This document shows positions 25,958 through 32,000 of a stretch of 32,000 nt of DNA, in pieces. A program made the translations under genes and the position numbers. The stretch comes from Phycisphaera mikurensis NBRC 102666 (lineage in GTDB: Bacteria; Planctomycetota; Phycisphaerae; Phycisphaerales; Phycisphaeraceae). Below the pieces are notes generated by a model that was not told the DNA's origin, did not search any database, and saw only the letters and a program-made list of their open reading frames with translations. Numbering within the stretch: the stretch's first letter is position 1; each line of letters begins with the position of its first letter. The stretch spans positions 2,220,001-2,252,000 of the forward strand of contig NC_017080.1 of the NCBI RefSeq assembly GCF_000284115.1, in the 5' to 3' direction.

Positions 25958-26593
25958 TCAAGCGCGGCGGCGGCGGAACAGGAGCGCCGCTCCGGCGCCC
26001 AGCAACGCGAGGCTCGCCGGCTCGGGCACGACGCTGAAGGTGGCCGTGTAATTGCTCCCGCCGTTGTCGGCGAGCTGATCGCCGTCCGCGGCGGTGAAGG
26101 CCCTCGCGAAGATCTCGATCTCGTAGTCGCCCTCGACCAGGCCGGCGACCACGTCCGGCGTGCTGGTGATGCCGCCGGGGCCGCCCCAGAGCTGGTCGCC
26201 GCCGCCGGTGAAGGTGTTCCCCGCGGCGTCGGTGAAGGTCGCGTTGGCGCCGAAGTTGTGCGCGATCGCCGTGAAGACGCCCGGCGCGTCGCCCACGCGC
26301 GTGACGCGGTAGTTGGTCTCGACGCCGGTGACGTCGCTGCCACCGTTCTTGAAGGTGAGGCCCTGCGCGTTGGAGATCACCAGCGTGTCGCCGGTGACGT
26401 CGAAGTCGCCGAGATCGAGGCCGTCGAAGTCGCTCAGCGGGCTGGACCCGGGCACCAGGAGGTTGTAGGAGGTCGCGGCCCCGCCGCTGGCGGTGAGCTC
26501 GACGTACGCGCCGAAGATGCCCGCGGCGCCGAAGGCGGAGGTGCTGGAGGCGGCAACGGCCGAGGCTGCCAGGACGGAAAACAGACGGTTCAT
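25958..26593 (-). CDS. PEP-CTERM sorting-domain protein of unknown function (211 aa)
   Basis: ATG at 26593 gives the signal peptide 'MNRLFSVLAASAVAASSTSAFGA'. The body is Gly/Thr/Asp-rich. The C-terminus 'VVPEPASLALLGAGAALLFRRRRA' is a PEP-CTERM motif. Confidence 0.8.
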   Translation of the reverse strand: MNRLFSVLAASAVAASSTSAFGAAGIFGAYVELTASGGAATSYNLLVPGSSPLSDFDGLDLGDFDVTGDTLVISNAQGLTFKNGGSDVTGVETNYRVTRVGDAPGVFTAIAHNFGANATFTDAAGNTFTGGGDQLWGGPGGITSTPDVVAGLVEGDYEIEIFARAFTAADGDQLADNGGSNYTATFSVVPEPASLALLGAGAALLFRRRRA

Positions 26594-26622
26594 GCGGATT
26601 CTCTTCGATCGGACTCGGACAT

Positions 26623-26646
26623 GGGCGGCTTCCACGAAGCCGCATC
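26623..26646 (-). promoter_or_regulatory. Conserved 24-nt leader hairpin motif, copy 2
   Basis: gggcggcttccacgaagccgcatc lies 30 nt upstream of the ATG at 26593 and is identical to 25884-25907. The flanking ~50 nt towards the upstream stop (26698) also align with copy 1. Confidence 0.5.
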
Positions 26647-26697
26647 GCACGCGGGAAAGCAGCGACCGCCGTTCCCGGCGGGCGGTGCGGGGAGAGT

Positions 26698-27642
26698 TCA
26701 GAAGTCCCAGGGGGAGACGCGGACGGAGTCGAAGTCGCTGCGCGGCACGCTGCTGCCGTGGCCGTCGACGAAGGCGACGTTGAGCGCACCGTTGTGGCGG
26801 TCGTTCTCGCTCACGTCGGCGCTCCGGGTCGTCACGTCCTTGGAGGGGAGCCCGTCGGAGAGGTACGAGAACTGAGCCATCGCGTCGAGCGTCCCGCCGA
26901 CGTTGAGGAACAGCGTCGAGAAGTACGTGGAGTCGTTCCACTGCACGGGGTTCCCGCCGGAGTTGGTGAACGGCCGCGTGCCGTAGTCGCCGTAGAGGAG
27001 TGTCTCGCTGGGCGCGGTCACGTTGTCGAGGTTGCCGCCGAGGGTGCCCTTGAGCGTCGGCGTGCCGTTGACCTCGGCGTACGCCGCGATGATCTGCCCG
27101 AAGCCGACCTGACCCCGCGTCCCGTCGGCGGTGGGGATGGCGGCGATGTCCGCGTTGACTCCATAGGAGATGGGGTCGAACTCGTTGCCGTTCGCGTCGG
27201 CCACGGTGTTGATGACGAGACGGTGCCCGGGCTGCTGCTGCTCCATGTCCGGGTCCTTCGGGCACACGAAGATCCGGGACACCTGCGGGTCGGTGTTGAG
27301 GAAGGTCTCCGAGGTGGCGCCGCCGAGGTAGGGAACCAGGGCCGAGGCCCAGTCCTTCACGAAGCGACCCGCGGGATCGGAGCGGAAGTCGTTGTACTGG
27401 GCCCACCGCGTGTTGATCACGCTGTTGTGGTCGGTGATCGTCTGGATGTGCTGCTTGTGGTCCGTGGCGAAGGTGTAGCCCGCCTGCCCGAGCGAACGCA
27501 CGTTCGCGAGGCACTTGAGGTTCTGCGCCGTGTCGCGGGCCGCACCCAGCGCGGGAAGGAGGATTCCGATCAGCAGGGCGATGATCGAGATCACCACCAG
27601 AAGCTCGATGAGCGTGAAGCCGGAGCGGGAGGAGCGGGTCAT
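26698..27642 (-). CDS. Prepilin-type N-terminal cleavage/methylation domain protein of the H-X9-DG (DUF1559-like) class
   Basis: ATG at 27642 gives 'MTRSSRSGFTLIELLVVISIIALLIGILLPAL', a type IV pilin-like leader with the GFTLIE motif. The C-terminal 'HNGALNVAFVDGH' fits the H-X9-DG signature. Confidence 0.85.
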   Translation of the reverse strand: MTRSSRSGFTLIELLVVISIIALLIGILLPALGAARDTAQNLKCLANVRSLGQAGYTFATDHKQHIQTITDHNSVINTRWAQYNDFRSDPAGRFVKDWASALVPYLGGATSETFLNTDPQVSRIFVCPKDPDMEQQQPGHRLVINTVADANGNEFDPISYGVNADIAAIPTADGTRGQVGFGQIIAAYAEVNGTPTLKGTLGGNLDNVTAPSETLLYGDYGTRPFTNSGGNPVQWNDSTYFSTLFLNVGGTLDAMAQFSYLSDGLPSKDVTTRSADVSENDRHNGALNVAFVDGHGSSVPRSDFDSVRVSPWDF

Positions 27643-27655
27643 GAGAAGCCTTGGT

Positions 27656-27674
27656 GGAGGTGAAACGGTTAACC
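27656..27674. promoter_or_regulatory. Candidate LacI-family operator, site A, in the leader of the H-X9-DG gene
   Basis: GGAGGTGAAACGGTTAACC lies 14-32 nt upstream of the ATG at 27642. It matches the reverse complement of site B at 17 of 19 positions, giving the shared motif GGAGGTGAAACRGTTWACC. Confidence 0.4.
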
Positions 27675-27926
27675 CGGAGCGGGTGGATGGAAGAGAATCC
27701 TCCCAAGCGGGAGGAAAAGGCCCGGCAAGCGGGGCATGAGATCGGGAGCAAGGGGGTGACTTCAACCCCCGGTCGGGCGAAATCGGCGAGAACTCGGGAG
27801 GCAGGAGGTGCGATTCCGGAGAAACGTCCGGAACGTCCGCGGATCGGGCCGCAAACGGGGGTCCACGATACACCGTCCGCGGAGGGAGTCAAGCGCAGCA
27901 CCGTGGAAGTTGCGTGCGCGGCGGCG

Positions 27927-27948
27927 GGAGGTAAACTGTTTCACCTCC
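27927..27948. promoter_or_regulatory. Candidate LacI-family operator, site B, upstream of lacI
   Basis: GGAGGTAAACTGTTTCACCTCC is a near-palindrome (GGAGGT-AAAC-T-GTTT-CACCTCC). It lies 42-63 nt upstream of the lacI ATG at 27990. The AAAC/GTTT core resembles LacI/GalR operators, although the centre is odd-spaced. Confidence 0.4.
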
Positions 27949-27989
27949 CGGCGGCTCGATTCTTCCTCCACGCCCCTCCGGCGGCTCCC

Positions 27990-29039
27990 ATGCGAAACGC
28001 TCCAGGCACCACCTCCCGCAAGCGGGTCGGCATCCGCGACATCGCCGCCAGCGCCGGCGTCTCCACGGCCACCGTGTCGATGGTGCTCAACGACAACCCG
28101 AAGATCTCCGACGCGACCCGCGACCGGGTGCGGGCGGAGATCGATCGGTCGGGCTACCAGCCCAACCGGATCGCCCAGTCGCTCTCGGGCAAGTACACGC
28201 GGGTGATCGGCATCCTGCTGCCCGAGCTTCGGCACACGCTGGCGGACCCCTACTTCGGCGAGGTCATCTCCGGCGTGTGCGACCGTGCGGCGCAGCTGGG
28301 CCACAAGGTGACGCTGGAGAGCGCGCGACCGGACTTCATCCGCGAGCGGAAGCACCTGGAGCTGTTCGAACGGCGCTTCGTCGATGGCGTGCTGTGCATC
28401 GGCTTCGACGACCGACACAACTTCCTGGGCGACTTCTCGGCGGCGGGGCACCCGATGCTGGTGGTCAACAACCGCTTCGACGGGCTCGGCGAGGCGACCG
28501 GCGTCGTGCTCTGCGACTACGCCGCGGGGGCGGAGCGGGCGCTCGCGTACCTCGACCAGCTGGGCCACCGGCGCGTCGGGATGGTCTACGGCAGCCGCGA
28601 CGTCCACACCTCGCGCCTGCTCGTCGACGCCTTCGAGAAGCGGCACCACGCCTTCGACCCGTCGCTGCTGGAGGAGGGCCGCTTCGCCGAGGACCCGGGG
28701 CAGGCCGCCGCCGCCGCCCTGCTCGATCGGCACCCGGACCTCACCGCCCTGTTCTGCGGCAACGACAAGATGGCGCTCGGGGCGGTCCGCGAGCTGACCG
28801 ACCGCGGCTTGCGCGTGCCCGAGGACGTCTCGGTGATCGGCTTCGACGACCTGCCCTACGCCCGCTTCATGAACCCCGCACTCTCGACGGTCCACTTGCC
28901 CTTCTACGAGGTGGGCGACCTCGCCTGCGAGCGACTGGTCGAGCGGATCCGCGGCCGCAAGAAGCCGGTCGACGAGACGCTGCCGACCCGCCTGGTCATC
29001 CGCGAATCCACCGGCCGCGCCACCCCCCGGCGCCGCTGA
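27990..29039 (+). CDS. LacI-family transcriptional regulator
   Basis: ATG at 27990 is followed by the HTH 'VGIRDIAASAGVSTATVSMVLNDNPKISDATRDRVRAEIDRSGYQPNRIAQSL'. A periplasmic-binding-protein-like sugar-binding core follows ('VDGVL', 'GHRRVGMV', 'ALFCGNDKMALGA', 'PEDVSVIGFDD'). Confidence 0.9.
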   Translation: MRNAPGTTSRKRVGIRDIAASAGVSTATVSMVLNDNPKISDATRDRVRAEIDRSGYQPNRIAQSLSGKYTRVIGILLPELRHTLADPYFGEVISGVCDRAAQLGHKVTLESARPDFIRERKHLELFERRFVDGVLCIGFDDRHNFLGDFSAAGHPMLVVNNRFDGLGEATGVVLCDYAAGAERALAYLDQLGHRRVGMVYGSRDVHTSRLLVDAFEKRHHAFDPSLLEEGRFAEDPGQAAAAALLDRHPDLTALFCGNDKMALGAVRELTDRGLRVPEDVSVIGFDDLPYARFMNPALSTVHLPFYEVGDLACERLVERIRGRKKPVDETLPTRLVIRESTGRATPRRR

Positions 29040-29072
29040 ATCTTCTTCTCCGTCCACTCTCGGACCCTCCTC

Positions 29073-31889
29073 ATGCGTGTTCTCCCTGTCCTCCTCGCCG
29101 CTGTCTTGCTCGCGGTGCCCTCGGCGGCCGATCCGGTCGTCTTCTCCCTCGACGTCGCCGGCTTCGAGCACAAGCCGCGGACCGTTGCCGTCGCGGGCGA
29201 TTTCAACGCGTGGTCCGCGGATGCGGACCCGATGGCGCCCGACGGCGGCGCGCCCAACCGCTGGTCGGCGACGGTGGACCTGCCGCCGGGCCTGACCCGG
29301 TACAAGTTCGTGATCGACGGCAGCCGCTGGATCGCCGACCCGACGGCGGAGCGGGGCGAGCCCGACGGCCAGGGTGGCACCAACTCGGTCGTGCTCGTCG
29401 GCGGCGAGGCGGCGCTCGCGGCGAGCACGCACCGCTTCGAGCTGGACGCCCGCGGCTGGGACGACAAGCCCTTGACCGTGAACCTCGCCGGCGCGTTCAA
29501 CGGCTGGAGCAAGACCCACACGCCGATGCAGGAGGTGGCTCCGGGTGTCTTCGAGGTGAGCGTGGCGCTGCCGGATGGGATCCACCCGTACAAGTTCGTC
29601 GTCGACGGCGACCGCTGGGTGAACGACGAGAAGCACAGCGACGAGAGCCTGGAGGAGAGCGACGGCAACGGCGGCGTGAACTCCGCCGTGCTCATCGGCT
29701 TCGACGCCCGGGCGCTGCCCGCGCCCAAGCCGGACCACCTCAGCGTCGAGGCGATGAGCCACCGGTCCGGGGACTTCCTGCACCTCAGCGTCGCCTCACC
29801 GGGGCTCGTGCTGCTGGGCGTGGACACGCAGGCGGGCGACGCCGAGCGGGTGCGCGTCCACACGCGGACCGGCGGCGGCGACTGGTCGACGCACGAGCTC
29901 GCGAAGCAGCAGACCAAGTTGGGGCTCACGACCTTCGGCGGGCTCGTGCGGCTGGGCGGACCCGCCGACGCGGGCGACGCGCGTGAGGACCTGGAGCTGA
30001 GCTACGTCTTCGAGGCCGTCGACGGCGACGCCCGGGCGTTCCTCGGCGCCGGCGGCGTGGCGGGCGGGCTCGACGCGGCGGAGCCGTTCGCCACCGAGCT
30101 GACGCCGGGCTTCCAGACGCCCGAGTGGGCGAAGGACGCCGTCTGGTACCAGGTCTTCGTCGAGCGCTTCCGCAACGGCAACCCCGCCAACGACCCCGGC
30201 GCCTACCCCTACGAGAACCTGCTGCCGTGGACCAGCGACTGGTGGGAGACGCACACCGCCTTCGGCGAGGCGGCCGGCGAGGAGAACTTCTACGAGGGCG
30301 CCGGCAACGTGTGGGCCCGCCGCTACGGCGGCGACATCCAGGGCCTGCAGGAGGCGCTGCCGTACCTGAAGGAGCTCGGCATCACCGCCCTGTACCTCAA
30401 CCCGATCTTCGAGGCCGACTCGATGCACAAGTACGACACGGCGGACTTCCGCCACGTCGACGACAACTTCGGGATCCTCGCAGAGAAGCGCTTCGAGCAG
30501 GTGGCCGGCGAGACCGACGACCCGGCGACGTGGAAGATCACGCCGTCGGATCGGGTGTTCCTCGACTTCCTGGAGGTCGCCCACGCCCAGGGCTTCAAGG
30601 TCGTCATCGACGGCGTGTTCAACCACACCGGCACCGCGCACCCCTTCTTCCAGGACGTGCTCATGCACGGCCCCGAGTCGGAGTACGCCGACTGGTTCGA
30701 GGTCACCGACTGGGGCGACCCCGCGAACTGGGGCAAGCCGGAGATGGCCGGCGAGCCCGGCGGCATCCAGTACAACGCCTGGGACGGGCCCAGCGGCGCG
30801 CTGCCGGTGTTCAAGAACGACCCGCAGACCGGCTTGGCGCCGGGGCCGCGCGAGCACATCTTCGCGATCACGAAGCGGTGGCTGGATCCCGACGGCGACG
30901 GCGACCCCAGCGACGGCGTAGACGGCTGGCGGCTCGACGTGCCCGGCGACATCGCCCACCCCTTCTGGATCGACTGGCGGAAGGTCGTGAAGGATGTCAA
31001 CCCCGACGCCTACATCGTCGGCGAGATCTGGCCCTGGGCCCACCCCTGGCTCCAGGGCGATCAATTCGACGCGGTCATGAACTACCAGTTCGCGATGCCC
31101 GCGACCGACTTCTTCGCCGACGTGGAGAACCCGATGCCGCCGAGCGTCTTCGCCGAGCGGATGCTCCGCGTGGCGTACGGCTACCCCATGCAGGTCGCGC
31201 TCGCGCAGCAGAACCTCTACGGCAGCCACGACACCGACCGCTTGGCGTCGATGTTCGTGAACACGGACCGTCCCTACGACGGGATGAACCGGATCCAGGA
31301 CTCGGACCCGAGCTACGACAAGCGGAAGCCCGACGCCGAGGAGTGGGCGCGGATGCGGCAGGCGGTCGTCTTCCAGCACGCCTTCCTCGGGGCGCCGATG
31401 ACCTACTACGGCGACGAGGCCGGGATGTGGGGCCCGGACGACCCGAGCAACCGGGCGCCGATGGTGTGGCCGGACGCGGGCACCTTCGAGCAGGAAGGCG
31501 TGGGCTTCGACCCGGAGATGTACGCCTTCTTCCGCCGCGTCATCGCGATCCGCCAGCACCTGCCGGCGCTGCAGCGGGGCGCCTTCAACGTGGTGCTCGC
31601 CGACGACGACGCCGGCGTGTTCGCCTTCGAGCGGGTGCTCGGAGACGAGCGGGTCGTGGTGGTCCACAACCGCAGCGGGCGGGCCCGCGACGTGGAGGTG
31701 CCGGTGGACGCCGAGCGGGTGCTCGACCTGCTGGACCCGGCGACGGCTTCGGTGCCCGCGCCGGATCTCGCGGACCCGCAGCGGCCGGAGCTGGAGGTCC
31801 GCGGCGACGGCCCGGTGCTGCGGGCGAGCGGCGGCGAAGCCACCGTGCGGCTGCCCGCCTGGGGCAGCGCGATCCTCGTCGCTCCATGA
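29073..31889 (+). CDS. Secreted GH13 alpha-glucan hydrolase (neopullulanase/cyclomaltodextrinase-like) with two N-terminal CBM48/AMPK-type glycogen-binding modules
   Basis: The signal peptide is 'MRVLPVLLAAVLLAVPSAA'. There are two modules, 'VAVAGDFNAWS...YKFVIDGSRWIADP' and 'VNLAGAFNGWS...YKFVVDGDRWVNDE'. The catalytic core carries 'WYQVFVERFRNGNPANDP', 'YGGDIQG', 'LYLNPIF', 'VVIDGVFNHTG', 'GWRLDVPGD', 'IVGEIW' and 'GSHDTDR'. It starts 33 bp after lacI. Confidence 0.9.
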   Translation: MRVLPVLLAAVLLAVPSAADPVVFSLDVAGFEHKPRTVAVAGDFNAWSADADPMAPDGGAPNRWSATVDLPPGLTRYKFVIDGSRWIADPTAERGEPDGQGGTNSVVLVGGEAALAASTHRFELDARGWDDKPLTVNLAGAFNGWSKTHTPMQEVAPGVFEVSVALPDGIHPYKFVVDGDRWVNDEKHSDESLEESDGNGGVNSAVLIGFDARALPAPKPDHLSVEAMSHRSGDFLHLSVASPGLVLLGVDTQAGDAERVRVHTRTGGGDWSTHELAKQQTKLGLTTFGGLVRLGGPADAGDAREDLELSYVFEAVDGDARAFLGAGGVAGGLDAAEPFATELTPGFQTPEWAKDAVWYQVFVERFRNGNPANDPGAYPYENLLPWTSDWWETHTAFGEAAGEENFYEGAGNVWARRYGGDIQGLQEALPYLKELGITALYLNPIFEADSMHKYDTADFRHVDDNFGILAEKRFEQVAGETDDPATWKITPSDRVFLDFLEVAHAQGFKVVIDGVFNHTGTAHPFFQDVLMHGPESEYADWFEVTDWGDPANWGKPEMAGEPGGIQYNAWDGPSGALPVFKNDPQTGLAPGPREHIFAITKRWLDPDGDGDPSDGVDGWRLDVPGDIAHPFWIDWRKVVKDVNPDAYIVGEIWPWAHPWLQGDQFDAVMNYQFAMPATDFFADVENPMPPSVFAERMLRVAYGYPMQVALAQQNLYGSHDTDRLASMFVNTDRPYDGMNRIQDSDPSYDKRKPDAEEWARMRQAVVFQHAFLGAPMTYYGDEAGMWGPDDPSNRAPMVWPDAGTFEQEGVGFDPEMYAFFRRVIAIRQHLPALQRGAFNVVLADDDAGVFAFERVLGDERVVVVHNRSGRARDVEVPVDAERVLDLLDPATASVPAPDLADPQRPELEVRGDGPVLRASGGEATVRLPAWGSAILVAP

Positions 31890-31938
31890 TGCCGGCCGCC
31901 CGCCTGGGCTTGGTTCCCCCTCCTCCTCCGGACTCCCG

Positions 31939-32000
31939 ATGCGAATGCTCCCTCTGCTCATCCTCGCCGCCGCCGCCGCGACGCTCCCCGCTTGCGCGAC
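31939..32000 (+). CDS. Start of a probable lipoprotein, 3'-truncated by the window edge
   Basis: ATG at 31939 gives 'MRMLPLLILAAAAATLPACA', a signal peptide with a lipobox-like LPAC. Only 20 codons are visible. Confidence 0.4.
   Translation, partial: MRMLPLLILAAAAATLPACA

Noticed and set aside
1-32000. tRNA, rRNA, tmRNA, transposase, integrase, prophage or known defence-system genes
   Set aside because: I saw no T-loop (GGTTCGAAT-like) or rRNA signatures in the intergenic regions. No ORF carries recombinase, transposase, nuclease, ATPase or other defence-type motifs. The window looks like core chromosome plus a glycan-utilisation locus.

Overview
This is a very GC-rich bacterial chromosomal window (roughly 70% GC or more by eye, not computed). 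The protein families present are an H-X9-DG prepilin-like protein, several PEP-CTERM proteins, dockerin-type repeats and a long-form ThiE. Together they suggest Planctomycetota, possibly Phycisphaerae-like; this is inference only.

Bases 1-20500 are mostly housekeeping or scattered functions:
- sppA, a short larC-like gene and an M48 peptidase
- thiE, a GT-C-like membrane protein and galE
- a REC-GGDEF-EAL gene coupled to a PAS histidine kinase
- an aldo/keto reductase, tkt, mtnP and ilvB
- hypothetical proteins

Bases 21500-32000 are an alpha-glucan locus. A LacI-family regulator, a secreted GH13 enzyme with two CBM48-like modules and the start of a lipoprotein lie on the + strand. They diverge from a minus-strand string of four genes: an H-X9-DG pseudopilin-like protein, two small PEP-CTERM proteins of unknown function, and a large GH13 amylase with dockerin-like repeats and a PEP-CTERM anchor.

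The non-genic signals that stand out are:
1. Seven tandem copies of a ~107-bp unit (20573-21325), each carrying two perfect 17-bp palindromes.
2. A dispersed hairpin family built on CCGCGG(A/T)CCGCGG arms, with four copies, one of them inside a CDS.
3. A duplicated ~75-100 bp leader with an identical 24-nt hairpin motif upstream of both small PEP-CTERM genes.
4. Two copies of a LacI-operator-like motif in the divergent lacI region.

Most long ORFs in the supplied track are off-frame or antisense artefacts of the GC content. I recognised no rRNA, tRNA, CRISPR array, transposase or known defence genes.
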